From: Nitrososphaerota archaeon | GTDB lineage: Archaea > Thermoproteota > Nitrososphaeria > Nitrososphaerales > UBA57 | Assembly: GCA_002713205.1 (NCBI GenBank) | Contig: PAVW01000009.1 | Location: 34,417 to 66,416, forward strand | Reading direction: 5' to 3' | DNA length: 32,000 nucleotides | Shown here: piece after piece, positions 15,506 to 24,821 of the stretch | How the letters are laid out: each line of letters begins with the position of its first letter | Numbering within the stretch: the stretch's first letter is position 1 | Made by a program: the position numbers and the translations under genes | Notes under the pieces: generated by a model | Database searches by the model: none | What the model saw: only the letters and a program-made list of their open reading frames with translations | Told to the model about the DNA's origin: nothing

Positions 15506-17564
15506 TATGACCGAACAAACACATGCTAATATTAAAGATTTGTTTGAAACATTTCTCAAAAATTTTAAATCTAAAACTGGTGAATTAAAATATCGTTCTA
15601 TTATTTCTAAGATGGTCTCTGATAATTCTGAATCTTTATTGATTGATTTTAAAGATATTTTACAATATGATGATCAATTGTCTCGTCAGCTAATTGATGA
15701 TCCAGATTCTATTTTATTGGATTTTAATAAAGCCGCATTTAACGCTTTATATTCAGAGAATCCTGAATATGCAGATGCTATTCGAGATACTTTACAAGTT
15801 CGATTTCATTCACTTATAGATCCTGTACCTCTTAGAAATATTACTACGGATGTTTTACATAAACTGATAGCTGTTGAAGGGATGGTGGTTCGAACATCAG
15901 AACTGAAACCCCGTGTTCTTGTTGCGTGTTTTATCTGTAAACATGGTCATCCTACATCTGAACCTCAATCTACTTCTACTCTTACAAAACCTTTGACTTG
16001 TTCTGATTCTGATTGTTCGGAATCACGAATTTTTGATTTTGATGAAAAACGCTCTAAATTTCAGGATTTTCAGATTATTAGAATTCAAGAGTTGCCTGAA
16101 GCTTTACCAGCCGGTCAGTTACCTCAAGCATTTGATGTAAATTTGTCTTCTGATTTGGTAAATCGTGCACGTCCTGGAGATCGTTTAACTCTTACCGGAA
16201 TAATTAGAACTGAGGCTCAATTCTCTCGCGGAACTGACAAATTGACAATTTTTCGAACACGCATAGATGGAAATAATATAGATATTGAAGCTAAAGGTCC
16301 TGAAGATATTGTACTTTCTCGTGAAGACGAAGAACAGATTAAGGAAATTGCTAAAACTGACAACGCTTATGAATTATTAATTAATTCTATTGCACCATCT
16401 GTTCATGGCCTAGATACCCAAAAAGAAGCTATTCTTTTAATGCTTATTGGCGCGCCAAATAAAATATTGAAAGATCATACTTCGTTACGTGGTGATATTA
16501 ATGTTCTATTTGTTGGTGATCCTGGAACTGCTAAGAGTGAATTATTGAAATACGCTTCTAGATTAGCTCCTCGTGGTCTTTACGCTTCTGGAAAGGGTTC
16601 TACTGCTGCAGGATTAACAGCTGCAGTTATTCGAGAACGTTCAGGAACTATGATGTTAGAAGCTGGTACTGTTGTTTTAGCTGACCAAGGACTTGCATGC
16701 ATTGATGAATTCGATAAAATGCGTTCTGAGGATCGATCTGCACTTCATGAAGCTATGGAACAACAAACTGTTAGTATTGCAAAAGGAGGTATTATTGCGA
16801 CATTGAATGCAAGAACTGCAATATTAGCCGCCTCTAATCCTCAATTTGGCAAATATGATTCTAACCGAAATATCACCGAAAATATTAATATTCCTCCTCC
16901 GTTATTGACTCGATTTGATTTAGTATTTGCTATTCATGATAGCCCGGAAAGAACAAAGGATACTAATCTTGCTCAATATATTTTAGATATTCATAAAACA
17001 GGAGAAATTACTAAATCTGTTCCAGTTGAATTTGATCTTCTTAAAAAATATATTATCTTTGCTAAACGTTTGGAACCTCAACTAAGTTCAGAAGCAGAAC
17101 AAAAAATATTGGAATTTTATCTTTTAATGAGGCAAAGTGGCGCATCTGAAGAACAAATAACAGTTACTCCTCGTTCATTAGAAGGCCTAATACGTCTGTC
17201 TTCTGCTCGTGCTCGTTCTTTATTCCATGAAATTATTACTGAGGAAGATGCAATGCGTGGTATTAGTTTGATGAAACGAATGTTCGCAACAGTTGGAACT
17301 GATGTTGCTACAGGAAAGTTTGATTATGGTGTATTCCAAGGTAAAGCTCTCAGTGAAAGAAGCAAAACAGTTACAGCTCATGAAAAATTTCATGAAATGG
17401 AAAATAATTCTAAAGAGGGACTTGTTGACCGTGATGAATTTGTAAAAGAATTGGTTAATACAGGTAAATTCAAAGAAGGTGAAGCCGAAAAAATGTTTCA
17501 ATCTATGGCTGATTCTGGACAAATATATAATGTCAGAAATAACTTTTATAGAAAGGTAAGATAG
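15498..17564 (+). CDS. mcm: MCM replicative helicase
   Basis: N-terminal Zn motif CFICKHG...CSDSDC, Walker A GDPGTAKS, Walker B CIDEFDKM, arginine-finger region LLTRFDLVF, and a C-terminal wH-like tail. No intein. Confidence 0.92.
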   Translation: MNDMTEQTHANIKDLFETFLKNFKSKTGELKYRSIISKMVSDNSESLLIDFKDILQYDDQLSRQLIDDPDSILLDFNKAAFNALYSENPEYADAIRDTLQVRFHSLIDPVPLRNITTDVLHKLIAVEGMVVRTSELKPRVLVACFICKHGHPTSEPQSTSTLTKPLTCSDSDCSESRIFDFDEKRSKFQDFQIIRIQELPEALPAGQLPQAFDVNLSSDLVNRARPGDRLTLTGIIRTEAQFSRGTDKLTIFRTRIDGNNIDIEAKGPEDIVLSREDEEQIKEIAKTDNAYELLINSIAPSVHGLDTQKEAILLMLIGAPNKILKDHTSLRGDINVLFVGDPGTAKSELLKYASRLAPRGLYASGKGSTAAGLTAAVIRERSGTMMLEAGTVVLADQGLACIDEFDKMRSEDRSALHEAMEQQTVSIAKGGIIATLNARTAILAASNPQFGKYDSNRNITENINIPPPLLTRFDLVFAIHDSPERTKDTNLAQYILDIHKTGEITKSVPVEFDLLKKYIIFAKRLEPQLSSEAEQKILEFYLLMRQSGASEEQITVTPRSLEGLIRLSSARARSLFHEIITEEDAMRGISLMKRMFATVGTDVATGKFDYGVFQGKALSERSKTVTAHEKFHEMENNSKEGLVDRDEFVKELVNTGKFKEGEAEKMFQSMADSGQIYNVRNNFYRKVR

Positions 17565-17574
17565 TATTTACAGC

Positions 17575-19743
17575 TTGGAAATCTCGTCTCTGCCTCTTCA
17601 AAAATCTTATATTGACTTCTTAAACTCCTTAGGATTCAAAGTTCTATATCCACCACAACAAGAATGTATAACCCAGGGTGTTTTAGATCATAAAAATTTT
17701 CTAGTTTCTACTCCTACTGCAAGTGGTAAAACATTGGTTGCTATGCTTACCAGCTTGAATTATTTATATAATGGTGGGAAAGTGGTTTATCTATCGCCTC
17801 TTAGGGCTCTCGCACATGAAAAATTCATTGAATTTAAAAAACTTGAAACCTTATCTAAATCTAATTCTGAAAAAATTAAAGTCTTAATTTCTACTGGAGA
17901 TTTTCAATCTAATAGTGAATATTTAAAATATGCTGATTTATTGGTTTTAACTAATGAAAAATTTGATTCACTTTTACGACATAATGTAGACTGGTTAAAT
18001 CAAATTAAATTATTTATTATTGATGAAATTCATTTAATTGGAGATTCATATAGAGGTTCTACACTTGAAATGATAATAGCGAATATACTTAATTGGGACC
18101 AAAATATTCAAATTCTCGGTTTAAGTGCTACAGTTAATAATATTGAAGAAATTTCAACTTGGCTAAATGCTGATTATGTTAATTCAAACTGGCGACCTGT
18201 CCCTTTAATTGAAGGAATTTATAATTATGGACAAATTGACTTTAACAACGGTGATGTCTCTCCTATAAAAATTTCCAAATCTGGAGTGCCTGCTGATCTT
18301 GCTATTGACGCATTACGGCACAATGCTCAATCTATAATTTTTACTGAAACACGTCGACGAGCTGCTAGTATTTCTAAATCACTTGAAAAAATGACTTCTA
18401 CATTTCTTAATACTAATGATTTATCGAATCTAAACACCTTATCTGAAGATCTCTTTTCTAAAGGTAACAACACTGAATTTGATAGAACTTTATCTCGAAT
18501 GATAAAAAATGGTGTTGCCTTTCATCATGCAGGACTGACATCTTATCAACGCGAAATTATTGAAACAGGCTTTCGAGAACGGCATATTAAAATTATTTCT
18601 GCTACTCCTACTCTGGCAGCTGGAGTAAATCTTCCTGCTCAAAGAGTTATAATTTCAAGTTATTTACGATATGACGTAAAAAAAGGTCAAATGATTCCTC
18701 TCTCAGTTATGGAATACAAACAAATGTGTGGCCGTGCTGGCCGACCACAATTTGATAGTAAAGGTGAAACTATTCTAATTGCTTCTAGCGACAATGAAAA
18801 AGATGCTTTGTTCGATAATTATATTAATGGTCATCCAGAAAATCTTCGATCTTCTCTTGTTGAATTTAGTTCGATATGTAATCATGTTTTGGGTTCTATA
18901 ACAAGTAATCGCGGTTTATCAAAAGATCAGTTGTTTCGATTATTTGATAAAACTCTTTATTCAATTCAGTCAGATAATCAAATTTTATCAGATAATGTTG
19001 ATCGTTCTTTAGCTTATTTATTGGAAGAAGATCTAATTCGCGAAGGAAGAGATAAATATGTACCAACTTCGTTTGGTAGGCAAATATCTCGTTTATATAT
19101 AAATCCAATTACCGGGGTTCATTTTCGAAATTCAATTTTTAATGCAAAACGAAATCAAAATTATCTTATTGGATTATTATACACTGTGGTCTCTTCAACT
19201 GATTTTGGCATATCTTTTTCTACCCGGAAAAAAGATTTCTATCGAATCGATAATTTTTTATCTGAACATAATGATGATTTTCTTGAGCCTATAATTATTG
19301 ATGATTATTCCTCTAATGATCAATTTTTGCGCTCTTTTAGAAGTTTAGATTTATTAAATTGTTGGATTAGTGAATGGAACGATGATAAAATATTGAAAAA
19401 TTTAGATATTCAACCTGGTGATTTGTATAGGGCAGTTGAAAATGCAAAATGGCTTATTCATGCTATTTCAAAGATTGCAGAATTATTTCAAAAGAATTTT
19501 TTACTACCACAAATTTATGAATTAAATATTCGTTTAAGTTATGGTATAAAAAAAGAATTAATTGAATTAATTCGTTTAAAACAGATAGGCAGAATTCGTG
19601 CTAGGGCATTATATAATGCTGGATACAAAAATCTAAATATTATTAATGATGTTACGGTTATTCGTTTATCTCAAGTCCCACAAATTGGAAAATCTATCGC
19701 TCAAAATATTAAAGAGCAATTAAAGGATTTAGAATTAAATTGA
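17575..19743 (+). CDS. hel308: Hel308/Hjm (Ski2-like) DNA helicase
   Basis: Motif I TPTASGKT, motif II DEIH, motif III SAT, HHAGL, motif VI QMCGRAGR, and a C-terminal HhH-like domain GRIRARALYNAGY. TTG start. Confidence 0.88.
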   Translation: MEISSLPLQKSYIDFLNSLGFKVLYPPQQECITQGVLDHKNFLVSTPTASGKTLVAMLTSLNYLYNGGKVVYLSPLRALAHEKFIEFKKLETLSKSNSEKIKVLISTGDFQSNSEYLKYADLLVLTNEKFDSLLRHNVDWLNQIKLFIIDEIHLIGDSYRGSTLEMIIANILNWDQNIQILGLSATVNNIEEISTWLNADYVNSNWRPVPLIEGIYNYGQIDFNNGDVSPIKISKSGVPADLAIDALRHNAQSIIFTETRRRAASISKSLEKMTSTFLNTNDLSNLNTLSEDLFSKGNNTEFDRTLSRMIKNGVAFHHAGLTSYQREIIETGFRERHIKIISATPTLAAGVNLPAQRVIISSYLRYDVKKGQMIPLSVMEYKQMCGRAGRPQFDSKGETILIASSDNEKDALFDNYINGHPENLRSSLVEFSSICNHVLGSITSNRGLSKDQLFRLFDKTLYSIQSDNQILSDNVDRSLAYLLEEDLIREGRDKYVPTSFGRQISRLYINPITGVHFRNSIFNAKRNQNYLIGLLYTVVSSTDFGISFSTRKKDFYRIDNFLSEHNDDFLEPIIIDDYSSNDQFLRSFRSLDLLNCWISEWNDDKILKNLDIQPGDLYRAVENAKWLIHAISKIAELFQKNFLLPQIYELNIRLSYGIKKELIELIRLKQIGRIRARALYNAGYKNLNIINDVTVIRLSQVPQIGKSIAQNIKEQLKDLELN

Positions 19744-21071
19744 ATATCAATCATGTAAGAGGGATTTTTTGTACTAATCTTCCACCTTCTACAATTCATA
19801 TAAACTCATTAAATTATTTATCACATCGATCGTGGAATGGATATTTGTATTTTAATCGTTCTGATGCTTCTATTAATTCTTCATTGAATATGCCTGCTTC
19901 TAATTTTGAAATTATAGGCTGTTTGGGGAATGATCCTGTTACAAATGATTCAAAGATTATTTTACATGGTGAAATTTATGGAAATTTTAAACCTATTTTA
20001 AAAAATATACAAAATTCTAAATCACTTTCTAAATTACTTATTCATTTAAATGAATTGTATAAATTAGATGGTGCATATTGTATTGTTATTCCGACAGTAC
20101 TTGGTACATTGATTTGTCGAGATCCTATTGGTATGAAACCATTATACTTTGGCCAATATGATAACAATATTGTAATTTCTTCACAAAAGAAACTTATTAT
20201 GGATATTTGTGTTACCGCTAAATCATTTTTACCGGGCAGTGCTTTTTTATTAGAAAAAAATTTATTTTTAATGCCTTCAAAATCTTACTTTATATCTAGT
20301 CAGTTTAATGATTCTAATGGCGATGAATTGATTAGTTTGTTAAAATCATCTTTAATTAACCGAATTGGTTCTAAGAAAAAAATTTCAATTTCTTTTTCAG
20401 GTGGAATCGACAGCTCAATTTTAGTTGCTTTGGCATCTCAATTATCTAATGTTTCAGCAATTAATGTAAGAATGAAAAATTCGTATGATTACTATAATGC
20501 AAGAAAATTATCTAAACTCTTAGGTTTGGATTTAATTGAGGTTGAACCTACTCAGGTTGAAATAATTGATGCTATACCAAAAATTCAAAATATTGCTGAA
20601 GTAACCAGACCATTAGATATTAGTATTGGTTTAGGTTTCTATTTTGTTGCTCAAGCTGCAAAAATTCATGGTTTTCAAGATTTATTTGTTGGTCAATTAG
20701 CAGACGAACTTTTTGGTGGTTATGCACGATATTTGAGAACTTTTAAGGAAAATGGGCAGGAATCTGTCATACAAATGATGCGAAATGATGTTTATAATGC
20801 CTATGCTCTTAATTTTGAACGAGATGAGAAAGTTACTTCTCCTTTTGTCGATTTACATGTTCCTTATGCATCTATCGGAGTCGTAAAATATGGCCTTTCA
20901 TGTCCTCTTAGTTTAAAAATTGATCATTCCAAACAAATTCGAAAAATAATTCTTAAACGTATTGGGAAAAAACTACATTTACCTGCAGATATTCTTACTC
21001 AATCAAAAAAAGCAATTCATTTTAGTTCTGGTATAGATAAAATAGTCAAAAATTATCTCAAGCATCGTTAA
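19740..21071 (+). CDS. Asparagine-synthase-like PP-loop ATPase with degenerate N-terminal Ntn-amidotransferase domain
   Basis: PP-loop SFSGGIDSS. The AsnB-like N-domain retains remnants HGEIYGNF, LDGAYCIVI and CRDPIGMKPLYFG. The N-terminus reads MNINHVRGIFC where MCGI(F/L)G is expected. The TTG start overlaps the hel308 TGA stop. Confidence 0.65.
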   Translation: MNINHVRGIFCTNLPPSTIHINSLNYLSHRSWNGYLYFNRSDASINSSLNMPASNFEIIGCLGNDPVTNDSKIILHGEIYGNFKPILKNIQNSKSLSKLLIHLNELYKLDGAYCIVIPTVLGTLICRDPIGMKPLYFGQYDNNIVISSQKKLIMDICVTAKSFLPGSAFLLEKNLFLMPSKSYFISSQFNDSNGDELISLLKSSLINRIGSKKKISISFSGGIDSSILVALASQLSNVSAINVRMKNSYDYYNARKLSKLLGLDLIEVEPTQVEIIDAIPKIQNIAEVTRPLDISIGLGFYFVAQAAKIHGFQDLFVGQLADELFGGYARYLRTFKENGQESVIQMMRNDVYNAYALNFERDEKVTSPFVDLHVPYASIGVVKYGLSCPLSLKIDHSKQIRKIILKRIGKKLHLPADILTQSKKAIHFSSGIDKIVKNYLKHR

Positions 21072-21499
21072 ATATCTAATATGAAATTTGCTTTCCAGTT
21101 ATTGTTTATTTTTTCAACTTTGAACATATGTAATGTAATTGCTTTGACATCTGAAGATAATTCATGTTTATTATAATTAATTTTCTCGCCATAAATTTTA
21201 CCATCTAGTACAAGTTCATTGGATGTTTCTGTAATTTCTAACTGAAATTTATTGAATAATAATGTCTCGGCATCTTTTAAAATTATTAATTTCTCAAGAA
21301 ATTCAAATAATAAAAATTCCATACTTGGTGCTAATATGTGTATTTTTGATTTTTTATTACATTTTATTGAATCAAGATTATCTACCATTGTATTTGTTAG
21401 TGCTTTTGCTGAATCTATAAAAAGCTCCTCTAATGAATTTGCAGTTACCTCAATTGCAGCATCTGCAATGGAAATGTCTTCTCTATAACTATATGGCAT
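21068..21499 (-). CDS. Archease (RtcB activator)
   Basis: SLEELFIDSAKAL, FLLFEFLEKLIIL, VKAITLH, and a C-terminal ...ILDI follow the archease layout. It lies directly downstream of rtcB. The N-terminal HTAD-type motif reads SIAD. Confidence 0.75.
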   Translation of the reverse strand: MPYSYREDISIADAAIEVTANSLEELFIDSAKALTNTMVDNLDSIKCNKKSKIHILAPSMEFLLFEFLEKLIILKDAETLLFNKFQLEITETSNELVLDGKIYGEKINYNKHELSSDVKAITLHMFKVEKINNNWKANFILDI

Positions 21500-21519
21500 T
21501 ATGATTTTTTGAGTATTGC

Positions 21520-22980
21520 TTATCCTTTAACATTACCTATTGGAACGAACCTTGTAACTCTTTTTGAAATTTTTGCTTCTACAGTGGCATTTACTACTTC
21601 GTCTATATCTTTGTAAGCTTCACCAGCTTCTTCTGCTAATCCTGAATAAGATACTGATTTAACATAAATTCCGCGATTTAACATGTCTCTAAATAATTTT
21701 TCTCCTCGAAACAGGCGTCTGGCTTTGGTCCTGCTCATAATTCTTCCACTTCCATGTGCCGTACTTGCAAATGTTTCTTGATGGGATGTTTCAGTTCCTA
21801 ATAATAGATACGAACCTGTTTCCATACTTCCACCTATGATTACTGGTTGCCCTATACTTCTATATTTTTGTGGAATTTCATCTCTTCCAGGTCCGAACGC
21901 TCTGGTTGCTCCTTTTCTATGAACAATTACTTTTTTGTTTTTACCATTGATATTATGCTCTTCAATTTTTGCTGTATTATGAGCTACATCGTATACCATT
22001 GACAGGCCTAGTTTTTCTGGATCATTTTTAAAAATTTGACCAAAAACTTCTCTTATTCTGTGTAAAATTATTTGTCGATTTACAAATGACATGTTTATTG
22101 CACATTTCATAGCAGAAAAATAATCTTGGCCTTCTTGTGAATTAAATGGCGCACATGCAAGTTCTCTATCCAATATCTCGATTTTATATTTTTCTTGCAT
22201 TACATATAAAAATTTTTTTAAATAATCAGACGCAACTTGGTGACCAAATCCTCTACTCCCACAATGAAACATAATTACCACTTGATTTGGAAAAATACCA
22301 ATTGTTTTTGCTGCTTTTTTATCAAATATATTTTCCGGTTTCACGACTTGTATTTCTAAATAATGATTCCCCGAACCTAACGTTCCTATTTGTCTAATGC
22401 CTCTTTTTATTGACACATCGCTAATTTTTGCCGCATTAGCATTTTTCATTGATCCTTCTTCTTCTGTTTTTTCAAGATCTTCTTCCCAACCATAATCATT
22501 TTCTATACACCATTTTGATCCTATTTCCACTATTTCTTTAAATTGTGTATTGTTGATTTTAAGAAAACCTGATCCGCCTACTCCTGCAGGGACTCTTTTG
22601 TAAAGCTGATCTACTAATTCTTTTAGTTTTGGTTTGACATCTGTATGAGTTAAATTAGTTAATACTAATCTCATTCCACAATTTATATCAAATCCTATGC
22701 CTCCTGGAGAAATTACACCTTCATCTATATCCATTGCCGCTACGCCTCCTATAGGAAATCCATATCCGCTGTGAGCATCAGGCATAGCATATGCATAATT
22801 CTGAATACCAGGTAGTGTTGCCACATTGGTTATTTGCTCAATTACATGATGATCTAATACTTTCAATAATTTATCAGTACCATATATCTTTGCAGGGACT
22901 CTCATTCCTTTTTTATAAGTTGCTGGAATTTCCCATGTAGTGCTGGATGTTTTTTTTAATATACTGTTAATTTCTGTCAT
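21520..22980 (-). CDS. rtcB: RtcB RNA 3'-phosphate ligase (tRNA-splicing ligase)
   Basis: MPDAHSGYGFPIGG, GFDINCGMR, GSGNHYLE, HCGSRGFGHQ and HGSGR motifs. The ORF track starts at GTG 22992, but ATG at 22980 (MTEINS...) is the more likely start. Confidence 0.92.
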   Translation of the reverse strand: MTEINSILKKTSSTTWEIPATYKKGMRVPAKIYGTDKLLKVLDHHVIEQITNVATLPGIQNYAYAMPDAHSGYGFPIGGVAAMDIDEGVISPGGIGFDINCGMRLVLTNLTHTDVKPKLKELVDQLYKRVPAGVGGSGFLKINNTQFKEIVEIGSKWCIENDYGWEEDLEKTEEEGSMKNANAAKISDVSIKRGIRQIGTLGSGNHYLEIQVVKPENIFDKKAAKTIGIFPNQVVIMFHCGSRGFGHQVASDYLKKFLYVMQEKYKIEILDRELACAPFNSQEGQDYFSAMKCAINMSFVNRQIILHRIREVFGQIFKNDPEKLGLSMVYDVAHNTAKIEEHNINGKNKKVIVHRKGATRAFGPGRDEIPQKYRSIGQPVIIGGSMETGSYLLLGTETSHQETFASTAHGSGRIMSRTKARRLFRGEKLFRDMLNRGIYVKSVSYSGLAEEAGEAYKDIDEVVNATVEAKISKRVTRFVPIGNVKG

Positions 22981-23067
22981 TATGAAAAACACTCCAATTT
23001 GATTACTTTAGATTTTGCTATATTGTCCTTCATTTCGAATCATATTAATTTAATTACATTATAATAA

Positions 23068-23358
23068 ATGTATTTGGAAATTAAGTATATAGTATTGGAT
23101 ATTAAGGTTTTCACTAATTCTAACAGAAATTACATTGAATTTATTAATAATTATATTAAAATACATATTACTTCAGCTCCGAAACATAATCGTGCTAATA
23201 TTCATACCATGAAAATGTTATCGGAATTATTTAATGTTTCAATTAATAATGTTATAATTATACAAGGAAAAAATTCTTCTAATAAAAAAATTAAAATAAT
23301 TAACCCTGAAAAAATTCCTTTTAAATTACCACAAGATTTTTTTTATTACAATAATTAG
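23068..23358 (+). CDS. DUF167/UPF0235 (YggU-like) family protein
   Basis: About 96 aa with the pattern IKIHITSAPKHNRANIHTMKMLSELFNVSINNVIIIQGKNSSNKKIKI (APxxGkAN ... G.tSr.K). Confidence 0.6.
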   Translation: MYLEIKYIVLDIKVFTNSNRNYIEFINNYIKIHITSAPKHNRANIHTMKMLSELFNVSINNVIIIQGKNSSNKKIKIINPEKIPFKLPQDFFYYNN

Positions 23359-24119
23359 CTAATATATTGAAGATCTTTATTTTCTTCATATTTTATTCCT
23401 TCATTTTCATTCGTTTGTTTCATTTGTTCAATTTGTGACAGTAATTCATCATTTGCTTTTGCTTTTACATTTAAATATTCAGTATTGATATTCATTTTTA
23501 ATAATTTATTTAATGATTGTAATACTGCTTTTGATGAGTTATGATCAAATACATATCCTGAAGTTTCTCCTAAAAGTGCTGTTCCTTTTATTCCATGTAT
23601 TTTTGCAATTCCAATTAATAATCCATTCATTCCAGTTATTATTCCTTCTTTCATAATAACAATTCCATTTTTTTTCATTTGTTTAATTCGTTCTATATGA
23701 GTTGACGTGCCAAATACTTTTGGTTGTTTAACAAATGCTCCTGTGATATACGCTGCTAGAGTATATACTTCTTTTACGCCTATTTTATTAATATATTCAA
23801 TAATTTTTTCTGAAATCAAATAATTTGATTCTGATGTAGTTGGTTGTGATTCCCCAGTTAAAATTAATAAATCTCTTTTATTTGTTTTATTTTCTAATTT
23901 ATATATTTTATATTTTATATTTTCTGACGTTCCATCATTTTTTATAATTACTTGTGGTGGAAATAAATTACTTTCTATATGACATATTTGTTTACCATTG
24001 AATTGTTTGACTAGATAATCGATTGCTATTTTTCCAACATATCCGCTCCCTGGCATTCCACAGATGAGTATTGGTTTATGCAGATTTGGTTTTTTCGTTG
24101 TTTTTAGTTTGATTTCCAT
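23355..24119 (-). CDS. PAC2-family protein (proteasome assembly chaperone-like, COG1938)
   Basis: N-terminus PILICGMPGSGYVGKIAIDYLV and later GIITGMNGLLIGIAKIHGIKGTALLGETSGY, typical of archaeal PAC2/COG1938 proteins. Confidence 0.6.
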   Translation of the reverse strand: MEIKLKTTKKPNLHKPILICGMPGSGYVGKIAIDYLVKQFNGKQICHIESNLFPPQVIIKNDGTSENIKYKIYKLENKTNKRDLLILTGESQPTTSESNYLISEKIIEYINKIGVKEVYTLAAYITGAFVKQPKVFGTSTHIERIKQMKKNGIVIMKEGIITGMNGLLIGIAKIHGIKGTALLGETSGYVFDHNSSKAVLQSLNKLLKMNINTEYLNVKAKANDELLSQIEQMKQTNENEGIKYEENKDLQYIS

Positions 24120-24166
24120 TTGATTTTTTAAAATACAAAACTGTAATATAATGGTTTAATTTTATA

Positions 24167-24766
24167 TTATTTTTTTGGAAATATAGCTGTTTCTGGCCAT
24201 TCGTTTTTTATAATGCCTTGACTAATATTGATCATTGGTAAGTAATTATGAAATATTCTTATTGTTTTTCCTAATCTTATGGTTGAAACATTGACTATTG
24301 AATCTTTTCCATGATTCTTTTTTAATGATGGTACTATCTTTGAATTAAATCCTATATTTATATCATCATCTGTTTCTCCTTCTATTATCATTATTAATGA
24401 TGTATGGCCGTCAATTTCTGCTAAATGCGATTCATAAATTAATTCTGTAAAAATTGTTTTTACATTTGGTTCTTCTTTAATTTCCTTTATTATTTTTTCT
24501 TGTGTTATTCCTAATTGAAATTTAATTAAATAAAGATGTCTCGATGTTAATGTTTTAGTTCCTTTAGTACCAGTATTTAATTCCGTGTAATAATTAATTA
24601 AACCTGAATTTTCTAATTTTTGTCGTTTACGGCTTACTGTTTTATATGATATTTCAGTTAATTCGCTAATTTTCATATCTGTGATTCGTGGATTTTTTAT
24701 TAGCATTTTGACTATTTTTTTTTCCATTATGTCCATTTTTTGTATTTTTATTTCTTTTTTAGGCAA
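24167..24766 (-). CDS. Lrp/AsnC-like winged-helix transcriptional regulator
   Basis: N-terminal HTH (EKKIVKMLIKNPRITDMKISELTEISYKTVSRKRQKLENSGLI) followed by an alpha/beta effector-like domain. It is divergent from the glutamate-synthase-like genes. The true start may be Met11 or Met14 (24736 or 24727). Confidence 0.6.
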   Translation of the reverse strand: MPKKEIKIQKMDIMEKKIVKMLIKNPRITDMKISELTEISYKTVSRKRQKLENSGLINYYTELNTGTKGTKTLTSRHLYLIKFQLGITQEKIIKEIKEEPNVKTIFTELIYESHLAEIDGHTSLIMIIEGETDDDINIGFNSKIVPSLKKNHGKDSIVNVSTIRLGKTIRIFHNYLPMINISQGIIKNEWPETAIFPKK

Positions 24767-24821
24767 TAATAGTCAATATATATGCGTAAAGAATATAATA
24801 ACTTTTCTTTATTCTTACTTG

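Noticed and set aside
23355-24119. Looked for a C-terminal HbYX proteasome-docking motif on the PAC2-family protein.
   Set aside because: The protein ends ...LQYIS. The Tyr is at -3 rather than the penultimate position, so no claim of proteasome-activator function can be made from the sequence.
24681-24821. The 47-codon N-terminal extension of the gltB-like ORF given in the ORF track.
   Set aside because: It is a hydrophobic, low-complexity peptide that overlaps the Lrp-like gene on the opposite strand. The homologous sequence begins after the ATG at 24822.
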